A stretch of 64,000 nucleotides of DNA. Origin: Selaginella moellendorffii. Lineage: Eukaryota > Plantae > Lycopodiophyta. The position numbers were made by a program, and so were the translations under genes. The stretch covers positions 444,731-508,730 of the forward strand of contig NW_003314358.1 of NCBI RefSeq assembly GCF_000143415.4. The letters run 5' to 3'. Below are positions 23,351 through 34,295 of the stretch, one piece after another; position 1 is the stretch's first letter; each line of letters begins with the position of its first letter. The notes beneath the pieces were generated by a model. The model made no database searches. It was given only the letters and a program-made list of their open reading frames with translations, and was not told the origin of the DNA.

Positions 23351-24192
23351 AGAGCAAAGATGGAGAAGAAACTTTGCTTCTGCGATCAAAGCTTGCAAGA
23401 CTCTCATGAAAATAAAGCTTGTGAAAATGGAAGTTTGATAAGATCTTCGTCCAGCATCCAAGTTGCCAGACGAGAGTACTGCGTTGTCCAAGGCCTTTGC
23501 ACCTCGAGCGTGGATCGCCATGGTTCTCTCGAGTAGCTTCATGTCACCCTCTCCTTACGAAGACCTTCCCATTCTCTGAGAGAAAGCTCAAGAACTAGGA
23601 TTCTTTCCCTCGTCCAGAGCCTTGATCGAGAAGATCCAGGAAAGTTGGGCCGTTTGGATGGCAGCCACGTCTTTGCGTCGGTGAGAACATCCATCCTCGA
23701 TCTCCTCCATGCAGCCGTTCGTGTAGATGTTGGCCGATGGATCTCCCTGCGCGCATACCTTGGCCGCTAGCAGTGATCGCGCATTTAAATTTGAAGATTC
23801 GAAATGAAGCACGCTAAAGTTTAACAATTCTAAGGACGATAGTAAAAGTTAAGAAACACTCATTTCCTGTTAACTTCATCGTACTTTGGTTTCACACCTT
23901 CTAGCATTGTTGGCTCTTTCATCCACTTGTAGAGATCACGAAGAGGGGGCATACATTGTTTATTTTCTTCCAGTGCCTCACAATTCTGTTGAAGAATTGT
24001 GCCGTAATTTCTAAACATCGGTAAAGAATAGTGATACGAATGTTGTGGCAGTATACTCTTCTCATGAGAGCATGAGAAATCCATCAAAACTACTGGCTAT
24101 CAAGGACGATGTGTCTTTTATGATTACTGATGATTTACATTGTACATATATAGTTTTGTAGTTTTTAATTGGCAGTGAAGCCATTTTTAATT

Positions 24193-24500
24193 TCAGCAAC
24201 TGCTTTCATAGACTTCAGAGAAATGTGTATTACAACTTATCCATCCGGGACATACACTATAAAAGCTACGTAATTTATCCTGTTGTTTGCTTTCATGGCT
24301 TAATAAAAAATGTTGTTGATCATATATTTTGATCGACAACAATCCGTTATCTAAAGTAACAAATATTAAAAGCCTCAAACTCCTTGGGTAATATGATTTA
24401 ACTAGCATTCACATATTCCGCCTAAAATTAAATGTTCTGCTAATATTTTGCATTATAAATTCTAAAATCTCATATTTAAACTCACAAACCTCCTCTTTTT
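24193..24500 (-). pseudogene. degenerate paralogue of the 19988-20485 secreted protein
   Basis: VCEFKYEILEF..KSYYP..FVTLDNGLLSI..DKLRSFYSVCPGWISCNTHF..SC, with deletions and frameshifts. Confidence 0.8.
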
Positions 24501-24734
24501 TTTAAAATAGGGAGTCAGAGACCTATTATATTAACTATTAAGAAAATTGTTAAGAAATATTTTTTTAACATTTTTAAGAAATGAAAATAAACTAAATCCC
24601 TGAAATATATATATACCTTCCAGGCCTTCTCGACAAAGTAGTCCCATCTCAGTTTCAAACAAATAGTGAGGGCACCAAATGTTGCTATCAATACTATTTA
24701 TATAGTATTTCATATTGTTAGTGCCTTCCTAATA

Positions 24735-25085
24735 AGATTTAATGGTTTATATATATCCGGAATAAATGTGAACATTTACAATAAGGGGTTGATTTTAAAT
24801 ATTAGATTTAAGATTTGGCATTAGAGTCATAATATAGATGTGGCTTTTGCTCCTAAATCATATTGCCCAAAGATATAGTTCAGGCTTATAATTTTATAAG
24901 GAATGAATGCAATATTTATTTTCAAGAAAGATTTTTTTATTTGGATAATGGATTGTTAACTATAGGAATATATTATAAACTGATTTATTCTTAAGCTCCG
25001 AAAACAGAAATATAACTTTTAAAGTAGATGTTCTGGTTGGACAAGTTGAATATACATTTTCATTTGTGAATAAAATACCTCTTGA
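24735..25085 (+). pseudogene. third, more decayed paralogue of the 19988-20485 secreted protein (opposite strand)
   Basis: DIVQAYNFIRNECNIYF..FFYLDNGLLTIGIYY and tgttctggttggacaagttg match copy 1 at DNA level. Contains stops and deletions. Confidence 0.75.
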
Positions 25086-25604
25086 GATTAAAAACTACTA
25101 ATTCTTAACAACTCATCTGTGGCAACTGGTTAGATAAGGACAGAATATGCCATCCTAGTGAAAGTGACATCAATTATATTAATGGACTAGGCAGAGTGAA
25201 ATATGGGGTGAATCTCACAAATTATGACTTTGCTACCCATTTCATATCAGCTCCAAACCCACTTTATCACTGTATGGGCACTTTATGTGCTAGGGGGGAG
25301 GTTGGGATTGGTCCCTGCCAAATCTCTTACCACAAATATCTACATATAAAGATGAATTATTTTAATAAACTAAAAACATATTTATTTGAACTAAATATTT
25401 GGTATATAGTGTCTGTATAATACCTCTAGTGTAATTATGATTGAATTGAATTAGTGTAACTTTGGTATATAATAAACTGCATAACACTTTAACATGAAGA
25501 ATTTAAAAAACTCTATTGCAATTGAAAATTATAGTAAGAATAAGAAGAGAGAGATTAAATTTAGTTTATTGATATAAAATTGCCATATTTTTATGTTAAA
25601 TTTA

Positions 25605-26008
25605 AAACTATTTTCTGTGTTCTATTTATGATGCTGATTATAATACAAGACACATTATCTATATTAAACCAAACTGTGTTTTAATTTTATGATAATGCTT
25701 GAATTAGATATCATCCATATTAAAAAATATTATGTTCCAGTTTCTCTACATTAAAACCTATTTTCTGTGTTCTATTTTTGCTGCTGATTATAATACAAGA
25801 CACATTATCTATATTAAACCAAATTATGTTTTAATTTTATGATAATGCTTAATAGAATCATATGTCAACTATATTAAAGAAACTATTATGTGTTAGTTTT
25901 ATATAAGATCTAATAAGCCGCAGCCTTTATCTTTCCAGTTTCATAAATATTCTTAAGAGAATTAGATATCATCCATATTATGTTCCAGTTTCTCTACATT
26001 AAAACCTA
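25605..26008. repeat. local AT-rich direct repeats (~95-bp and ~55-bp units, each twice)
   Basis: 25605-25700 resembles 25755-25850, and 25701-25760 resembles 25959-26008. Confidence 0.8.
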
Positions 26009-26259
26009 ATATTACATTTTTGTACTACATATAATGCATCATATTATTTATATTAAAAACTCAGAATAATTCTTGAGAAAATCATATGTTATCTACATTT
26101 AAAAACCACATTAAGCTTTAGTTTCAGAATATCTATATTAAGAAAATTTTTTGTTTTAGTTGCATAATAGGCTTGATAGAATCAAATGTTGTATATATTA
26201 AAAGCTACATAAAAATTAGACTATATGAATAAATTGCTACGTGTTGCATATAAGAACAT

Positions 26260-26571
26260 TTGGTTTGCTTAATTGTAGTGTTATTCTTACTTATTAATCA
26301 AATTTATCAAGTAAGATTTATAATTATAAACATACTTGTAATTTATAAACACAGGATTAATGTTATCACATATCAACCATTAAATGATTGAATAAAAAAG
26401 AATATACTAGAAAAGGTTTAAAAAAGCTTATAAATTATAAACATGTTTATAAATCATAAATACAAAATTAATCTAAATGAATGACAACTGTTAGATGGTG
26501 GAATATCCTAGAATATCTAAGTATATTCTAGATATATTCACTACCCCGACAGGTTTGCTTAAGCAAACCAA
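26260..26571. repeat. short AT-rich element with 13-bp inverted ends, copy 2
   Basis: TTGGTTTGCTTAA at 26260-26272 and the perfect palindrome GGTTTGCTTAAGCAAACC at 26552-26569. Confidence 0.6.
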
Positions 26572-26659
26572 AAACCATATATAAAATGAAAATTATATTT
26601 TTGGGCACTTGAGATTTATCACAACAGTAAAAGTTAATGTTAGTTTGGTAGAGAATGAA

Positions 26660-27242
26660 ATCACCTGGGACAAGGCTGTGAAGTCAGAGGTAGCAAAGAG
26701 AAAGAATACTTCATGCTCAAACAACTAGAAACACTCAAGAAATGAAACTCTTCATTGCCAATACACTCAACTCCAAATGGGGCTGTTTGCTTCTCTGCTT
26801 GCCATCTGGTTACCTGGAACATTATAATTCTCAGCCATGCAGAGGGTGAAGGTGAGAAAGCTCTAGATTTTTTTGCTAGGATGCAAGGAGGTACTTGTGC
26901 TCCAAACAACATAACCTGTACTCAAGGCTTGTATATGCTTAGCATAGAGTGAAGCAAACACCTTTATCAATAACAAAGTGTTGAAGGTGGCAAGCTTGTC
27001 GAGAAGCAAAACCATACATACTCTAGTTACTCAATCAATGACCCATGATCTATTACATGCTTAAGTCACTAACAGTCTAGTGCATGCTTATGCTCAATGT
27101 GGGAGCATAAAAGACACTAGTAGAGTTTTCCTGGCCATCCAATGCAATGACTAGCTCTCATGGAGGGATATAATTCTAGGCTATTCCAAGACTAGTGAAG
27201 GAAAGTTGGCTTTGAATCTCTACAAGAATTAAGGAAGAAGGC
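26660..27242 (+). pseudogene. inverted, decayed partial copy of the PLS PPR (matches ~21760-22390)
   Basis: LVTWNIIILSHAEGEGEKALDFFARMQGGTCAPNN, KVASLSRSKTIHTL and VHAYAQCGS, with stops and deletions. Confidence 0.85.
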
Positions 27243-28072
27243 TCCACATCACAATTGTTGACAAGAATGAGTGATAATTGATGGTTAAGGATAATCTTTC
27301 GTGACTCATGACCCTCTAGTGACCACACCTCTTCTTCCCGCTATCCTAGATCAAACCTTGATCCAATCTTGAGCCATAACAGCTCTCCAAGCTAGTGAAT
27401 ACACATAGTGCCACTTGATGCCTTTGCTCCAGCATCTCTGGCTAGAGACTCCAGCCTTCTAGTGCACAGCCTTTGCTCCACACTTGTGCCTCTACTCCAC
27501 AGTGAGATCCTAAAATTGGAAGTCTCCCTCTCATCCTTTAATTGCTCCACTGCTCCCTCTCAAGGTGCTCTACCTCATATTGAAGCCTTGGATTATGCCA
27601 CTATGACTCACACCAATTGAAGCAAGAGCAAGGATCTTGAGAAGAAACCTTTGTCTTATGTTTGCCCTAAAATGAGCCTACACCAAATGACAGTACTCTT
27701 AATAGCTCTTTGCACCATCTCTCCATCATTTCACTATACTCACAAGGCTCTCTCCTTTGGCCAACACTTTTAGATCCTACCCAAGAATCAGAATGCCCTT
27801 GGTCACCTAGCATTGTCTCAATGCCTACCCTTCTCCTAGTGCCCGACACCTAATACCTAGACACCTCACTCACCCTTCACCTTTCTCTGTTAGTAGTGTC
27901 AACCCTTAACAGAGCCTTACACTCCACAGGTCTTGTTACTCTCTGGCATTGCCTCTAGACAATACGAACACCCAATGTCATACATGTGTTCAACAACATC
28001 TAGCAATCTTTGGTGCCTTTGTTGGTATCTAGTGCTTTGCTTAGTGCCTCTAGATAGCAAATACAATACTGT

Positions 28073-28190
28073 CTAGTGCCCGAGATCATGGTGTTCCAGC
28101 TGACAACGTTCCGGGCCTCCAATCTGTTGAAAACACGACGCCCGTCTTCCAAACGTCCACACTTGATATATTGGCAGCATCCAAAACACA
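28073..28190 (-). pseudogene. PPR (PLS) motif fragment
   Basis: YIKCGRLEDGRRVFNRLEARNVVSWNTMISG. Confidence 0.7.
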
Positions 28191-28703
28191 AGGCCTCTAC
28201 CCTCACACCCTACACCATACTCAACATTGTTCCTTGGCATTGCCTTCTTTGGCATTGTCTCTCTATCTCAGCACTCAGTGCCTTTGCCTCAAACTAGGCT
28301 CTAGTGCAACCACAATCTAATCATCAACCTCTTTGCCCACTTCTAATTAACCTCCTCCTCACTAGCCTCATGAGAGCCATTGTCCCAAGATTTAGAGCCT
28401 TAATGCTTAAATACTATGAAAAGAATGGGAATGACAATGGATGGGCAAAGGATAATCTTTATTATATTACATTGAATATACAAAATAAACCAAGGGTTGT
28501 GACTTTTAGCCTATAAAATCTAGAAGTTGGTGAAACATGCCAAAAAAGAGCATATCACCTCAAGAATGTGTGAGCTTAGTAGAGGAGGACAAAACCACTT
28601 GAAGAAAGGCTAGAGGACACATATTTTTTTACACCATCGATTTGTAATTAACAAGTAATGAACAGCAGGATAAAGATAGTGTACCTAACGTTGAAAAAGC
28701 TCT

Positions 28704-28886
28704 CCCACGAGGTGCACGCAAGGTTTTAAAAAGAATGAGTGGTGATGTAAGATGATAAGATGGAAAACTCTCCCACGAGGTGCACGCAAGTATGTAAGAT
28801 GATAAGGTCCCACGAGGTGCACGCAAGGATGTAAGATGATAAGGTCCCACGAGGTGCACGCAAGGTTTTCGAATTTGCTATAAAAA
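28704..28886 (+). promoter_or_regulatory. tandem repeat array (4x CCCACGAGGTGCACGCAAG, 3x ATGTAAGATGATAAG) ending at a TATA box
   Basis: Cores at 28704, 28772, 28809 and 28846 (37-bp period for the last three). TATAAAAA at 28879-28886, ATG at 28952. Confidence 0.75.
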
Positions 28887-28951
28887 GCAGTGGAAAACGT
28901 TCTCTAGAACCCTGCAATTGAGAAGAGCTAACAGGATAGTCAAGAAGCAGC

Positions 28952-29281
28952 ATGAAGGTACTCAAAATGTCACTCATCATGGTTGTGATCGCATGTGCAT
29001 TGATACAAGCCAATGCGAGCCAACTAAACTTGTACAAGGGAGAGTGGTGTACAGGATCTTTTACTGTTGTATGGGATCGCCAATGCGGTGAGGTGCCTGA
29101 AGATGCTGTTTCGTACAGGTTTTACTATAATCCGGAATGGAAGGCCACACTTTTCTCAGATGACGGTTGTGGAGGCGAAAGTAAAGAGGTTCTTGCCTCA
29201 AGCAAAATATGTGTTCAGGGTCTCGAAGGCATTCGCAGCGTCTTGATATCGGATGAGTCATCCGAGATATCAAGACGCTGA
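28952..29281 (+). CDS. secreted MiAMP1-like (beta-barrelin) antimicrobial protein, 109 aa
   Basis: Signal peptide ending ANA|S. Mature SQLNLYKGEWC..C...SYRFYY...ATLFSDDGCGG......SSKIC......SVLI aligns by eye with MiAMP1 (SAFTVWSGPGC..GYDFSY..AALYNQAGCSG....SSARAC...KSIFI). Confidence 0.75.
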   Translation: MKVLKMSLIMVVIACALIQANASQLNLYKGEWCTGSFTVVWDRQCGEVPEDAVSYRFYYNPEWKATLFSDDGCGGESKEVLASSKICVQGLEGIRSVLISDESSEISRR

Positions 29282-30119
29282 AAATGAGCTCTTGCCAGTT
29301 TCACTGACTCCTGGCATAAATATATAGCTTGCAATGTCATGAATAATATCATTTGGTGATGAGTAGTGACAGCAAGGATAAGGATAAGATGATTTTGCCT
29401 CTGTTGCCGAGGAATTCCATAATGCGTCTTCATCATCAGGAATCTGCTCAATGAGACAAGTGCTTAGTAAGTTTCAGTTACAAAGAAGCACGCACCTGTG
29501 AGAAATCTACAGCGGGAAAGTTTCGTTTGCATTTTGTGATGGAGCGAGCTCCTTTTGTCACAACGATAGTTCGTCTATAGGACAACAGAATACTCTTGAA
29601 AAGTTCGACAAACTCATGCTATAGTCTAATTCTGGCATCTGCATTTCAATCAATGGAAAAAGTGGAGCTGAGCCAGGAACTTAGACGACTATGTAAATAA
29701 GATGAATGAATGTGTACATGTAAAGGTACCTTAGAACCAAAAAATATGACTTATTAACGTATTGTGCGTAACAGCGGCCCCTTTGGAGGGACGAGCTTCC
29801 ACTTCCCAGACCAAGAAGCGAGCCAAAAACAAGCTCCCAAAACGAGAAATGTTCGCGTCAAAAACGCCCTGTAAGAAACAAGACCGGCGGTCAGCATCTG
29901 GAGATGGAGAAACGGCAGACGTACCACAAACGCTTGAATGGAACAGGGTCGAGCGCAGTTTGCCGAGCGTACGGATTTCCGTCAAAGCAGAATATTATAA
30001 TCCGTACAGAATATTCTTTTATAAAGAGAATATTCTGGTGTGTCCAGTTTCACATATCAACAGTCCATTTGTTTTTCTTTATGTTTTTTTTTAATAAACT
30101 CTTAATTTAAAATGGTTTG

Positions 30120-30645
30120 AGATATATCCACTTGCTTTTCAAAATCAACAGCCTGGATGTATCCACTTGTTTTTCATAAAACAAGGACAGAAGATTCACT
30201 TATTTTTTCACAAATCAAGAGGCTAAGATCTATTCACTTTATTTTTCAAAAATGAACGGCTTGGATATATATTCAATTGTTTTTTCACAAATCAACGGCT
30301 TAAATATATCCACTTATTTTTCCCAACTCAACTGTCGGGATGTATCCACTTGTTTTTTTAAAATAAACCATGTAACATCTATGCACTTGTTTGTTTTCAT
30401 ATGAAGAGCCTAGATGTAATTTTTTTTCCACAAATCAATAGCGTAAAAGTTATCCACTTAGTTTTTGCAAATCAACAGTCTAAGATCACTGAATTTATAA
30501 TGGTTTGAGTTGTATTAATTTTGCCAATTAACGAGCTGTATGTATCTTTTTGTTTTTTCAGAAATTAAAGGTTTAAGATCTATCCACTTATTTTTTCCCA
30601 AACTCAATGGTTTGCACGTATCTACTTGCTTTTTGCAAATAAACA
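30120..30645. repeat. degenerate ~37-bp tandem repeat (consensus approximately GAT.TATCCACTT.TTTTTCA.AAATCAACGGCT.A)
   Basis: About a dozen diverged units visible. Confidence 0.75.
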
Positions 30646-31311
30646 CAATTTTTGTGATTAAACTAAATAACTAGAAATTAATTACACAACAAATTTAGGA
30701 AATTAATAAATACTTTCACCTTAACTGACAGTTAGAAAGATAGTCCTTTAAAACTATAATTATTCACTAGGGTCTAAACTTTTGATTAACAGTGACTGCT
30801 TTTATGCCTCGTTTCCTCTCCCAATATTTGGGTATATGAACCATAAGCCTAAGGGAAACATTCAAGGAGCCAATGTCATCACCAAAGATGAAGGTAAATA
30901 ATGTTTTTAGTGGTAATGTTTCGGCACTTCCGTGCCAAAACAACTTTCTTCGTTTTCTGCTTTTTACATGACCATTGCAAGATTTTAAGGTTTTGATTTA
31001 TTTCCAGTCAATCTCTTTTGAAGGATGTAACAAAAACGTATTGTGATTTTGTAGATGAGACTCGTAGGCTTATTGAAAGCATGCTTAGTTTGCTGAAAGT
31101 GTGCAAAACAGAACAAACAATGGAAGCACTAAGAAACCTGCTAGAATTCTCAACCATTCTCGATCTTCGCTTTTAGTTCTCAACTAGGGTTTAGGGTTTT
31201 CTTTTTGTCATGACAAGCCTCATTTTGTCACAACAAGAGGCTTTCACAGAAATTGCACTCCTCGGCACGGCTGCACCATGGAGAGTAGATTTCCCTCTGC
31301 AGCATGCTTTT

Positions 31312-32750
31312 TCAGTGGTATTTGCAGCATCCCCAATTGCTGCAGCATTTTCCTGAACCATCATGACCTCCCTTGTTCTTACAACAACACTTCTTCCCCC
31401 AATCCTTTCAGCATTTATAGTAGCCTTTGTGATATTTTCCACCACCACTATCCTTATAATCAGCAACTTTAGAAGTTGCAGCTGAAGTCTCAGGCATAGC
31501 TTCAAAACACGAACATGAACATGAACATGGCATTCAATTTTTTGAACACGAACACGGAACACGGAAATGAACACGGATAAACATGGGTGAAAACACAAAT
31601 ATTCTCTAGAATATTCTACTTATCACTCCATCTCATCTAGAAGCTCCTTATTAGCAGGACCATCATCTTCGTCTTCATCCTCTTCTTCCCTAGCTTCAAT
31701 ATCAGCATCAGTAATTTGAGGAATACTTCCTGTCTGGCTCAATCCCACAAACTTGTCATAGGAAGTGTGGCTCCCTATCAACTTGGTATTACTGGCCACA
31801 AATACCAAGTCTGCAATCCGGCTCACTGCTAAGCAATTCCTCTTCTTTGAAGTGATGTGCCCAAAAATACTGAACAATCGCTCCACAGATGAGGAAAAAC
31901 TTGCCTGACTAAGCACTCGAATTGCCAACCTCTGCAAATCTGGACCTGAGTAGCCATTGTCCTCCCACCACTGCACAGAACCCTTTGTTGTATGATCCAT
32001 CTGAGAGTCCCTGGTGCCAAAACTACCCTCCAAGTTCCTGTATTGGCAAAGCTGATTTTTTATAGTTGACCTTTGCTGATAGTCAGGGAACTAGATCTCC
32101 AAGTACATGTTCCAATCTTTGGAAACTTCCCTGGATTTTTCTTGTCCTCGCCCCTGAAACTCTGGATCAAGCATGTATGCCACGGAGTGAAAGGTGCTAT
32201 GATAAGCCCACCACCTGTTTGAAATCAGTTGGTTTAGCTCCTCATACCTAAGATTGTTCTCCTCTTGTTGACAGATGTTCTCACTCATCTAATCCATCCC
32301 CTCGTAGACCTTCCCAATCACAGGCACGTCTCCGTCAACCATCCGTAAATACGTGGCTGAGCGCCATTCCTCCCACTCCAGCGCTAGAATCCTAGAGAGG
32401 GCATTCCCAGCCCAAAAAAATTGCCATAGATTGCTGGAAAAACCTTTTGATTGATCGCAGGAATTTTTGATTGATCGCAAGACAAGAAAACATCAAAGCG
32501 CAAAACACTCACGTGAACCACGTGAGCTATTGTTTTAGAACACGGCGTGGTCACACGGTATTTGACTGTGTTTCAACCGTGTTTGGAGCCGTGTTTTGGA
32601 GCATTGACTGAGTCAATGAACACGGCCCGTGTTAACATGGCTGGGGGCCGTGTTTGTGTCACCACGCCAACACACCGTGGTGCACAGCGTGTTTTGAAGC
32701 ATTGGTCTCAGGAGCAAAGAACAGAAATGAACACAGGAAGAACAAACCAT
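31312..32750 (-). pseudogene. Gly/Cys-rich secreted peptide gene, copy 1, split by a hAT insertion
   Basis: 5' part 32750-32705, 3' part 31494-31312. Rejoined: ETSAATSKVADYKDSGGGKYHKGYYKC*KDWGKKCCCKNKGGHDGSGKCCSNWGCCKYH*. Premature TGA at 31408-31410. Confidence 0.85.
31495..32704 (-). mobile_element. internally deleted hAT DNA transposon (1210 bp)
   Basis: TIRs CATAGCTTCAAAACACG / CGTGTTTTGAAGCATTG. 8-bp TSD GTCTCAGG at 31487-31494 and 32705-32712. Subterminal ACACGG repeats. Transposase C-terminus: LRMVDGD.P..GKVYE.MD, YMLDPEF, WW..NG...PDLQRLAIRVLSQ..SSS.ER.FS (dimerisation domain). Confidence 0.95.
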
Positions 32751-32958
32751 TTGAAGAAATGGTGCTGTGAAACCATATGAAATGGAAGGTTTTTATAGTC
32801 AAATGACTTAAGAATTCATGTGACTCTTGTAAAATATGTAAACCATTCCCAAATGGAAACAATTGACTATGAGAAATGTTTTTATAAACATCTTCTTGTT
32901 TCAACTATCAGCAACGAATTTCCTCCACAAGTCTTTGGGATTTTTTTTTCCAAACCAC

Positions 32959-33188
32959 ATGTTTTGTTATTCCTTTGTTTCTGTTTTCTTCGTTGTTGTT
33001 CTTCTGCTGTTGATCTGCAGCCATTTGCTTCATCTGCCACCTTTGAAGCTGATCACAAGGACGGGGGTGGGAAATGTTACAGATGCTGCAAGGATTGGGG
33101 AATGAAGTGTTGTTATAAGAACAAAGGAGGTGGTCATGATAGTTCAGGAAAATGCTGCTGCAATTGGGGATGCTGCAAATACCACTAG
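32959..33188 (+). pseudogene. Gly/Cys-rich secreted peptide gene, copy 2 (signal peptide out of frame with the mature domain)
   Basis: ATG at 32959 gives MFCYSFVSVFFVVVLLLLICSH. The mature ADHKDGGGKCYRCCKDWGMKCCYKNKGGGHDSSGKCCCNWGCCKYH*(TAG) is in another frame. TATAAA at 32883. Confidence 0.7.
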
Positions 33189-34045
33189 TGAGCAGTTAAA
33201 ACAAACAATAATAATAATAAAACTGTAGATTAATAGGAAGGTTAAGAACCTTGGTTAATCTCAGTGGATAGTTTTGGCTTTTCCATTCAAAAATATTTAG
33301 GATGTTTAGAGGATGTGAAGCAACTTCTCCTCAGGCAGCGTTCATCATAAATATACAAGGATATATAATTTCAGCCTCCTTGCAAAAGACTCTCCATTGG
33401 CAATATCTTACTCTCTTAGCTTGTTAGACGGAACAGGGAGATTCCAGATATTAGCTCCACGATTCATCTGCTCTTCATGTTGCCGTGCTTAGATCCTCAT
33501 CCAGAACCTACAGATCTATGGAACAAAAATTTAGATTCAGACTCAGAAGATCAATCGATCAATATAAAGGATCAAGCATACATCAATTAGTTCATATCAT
33601 TATGAAGAAGTTACATTACTTTCCTTGCCAGATGCATCCACGTGTCTCTTGATGTTGGTTTGTTCTTCCAGGGATTTGAAGGGGCATTTGAGATGATATC
33701 AGTTCCAACTTAATTGAGTCTCAGCGAAGAGCTTAATTTGGTTGGAAATGGCAGGAATCAGAGTTTCATTATTGTTTTTTTTTTCTTACAAAGGCTGCTG
33801 GATCAATCTCGGCTAGCAAATGCAAAAGGAGGCTTGTGATTTACTGACTTGCTGCTGGAGGAGCTTTAATCTTCAACAAAGAAACTAGTATGATATTTTT
33901 TTGTTCGCTTGTGTTCAAAGTTTGAAGAGCTTGATGCTACAGGGAGGCAAACAACATTTATGGTGACTGCAAGGGAGTTCTGTATCAATCTTATACTGTT
34001 TGTTTTATTTGTTTATACAGAAACAAGCACAAGAACTAAAGCTTT

Positions 34046-34295
34046 TTAGTGGTATTTGCAGCATCCCCAATTGCAACAGCATTTTCTTGAACTATCATGA
34101 TCACCACCCTTGTTCTTGTAACAACTCTTCTTCCCCCAATCCTTGCAACACTTGTAGTAGCCTTTATGACATTTCCCACCCCCACCACCACCGTTCTTGT
34201 GATCAGCAACTTTAAAAGTTCTAGTTGCAGCTAAAGTCGAGTGGATGCCCAAGAAAAGATATGAACACAAGAGAGACATAGGAAGAATGAGCCAT
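34046..34295 (-). CDS. Gly/Cys-rich secreted peptide gene, copy 3 (77-aa ORF from the second ATG at 34279)
   Basis: MSLLCSYLFLGIHSTLAA-TRTFKVADHKNGGGGGGKCHKGYYKCCKDWGKKSCYKNKGGDHDSSRKCCCNWGCCKYH*. The upstream ATG at 34295 is out of frame. TATA at ~34335-34342. Confidence 0.65.

Noticed and set aside
28704-28864. CRISPR-like look of the 19-bp repeats
   Set aside because: The spacers are themselves repeated, there are no cas genes, and the context is eukaryotic.
30790-30900. FGYMNHKP..N resembles a SET-domain NH motif
   Set aside because: Too short, and surrounded by stops.
31186-31199. Telomere-like TAGGGTTTAGGGTTT (also AAACCCTA near 19184)
   Set aside because: Only 1-2 units, so these are ordinary telo-box motifs rather than an interstitial telomere array.
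31191-31598. 135-aa ORF crossing the hAT end
   Set aside because: Chimeric alternative frame over the TIR and the peptide pseudogene; the conserved stop position supports the Cys-rich frame instead.
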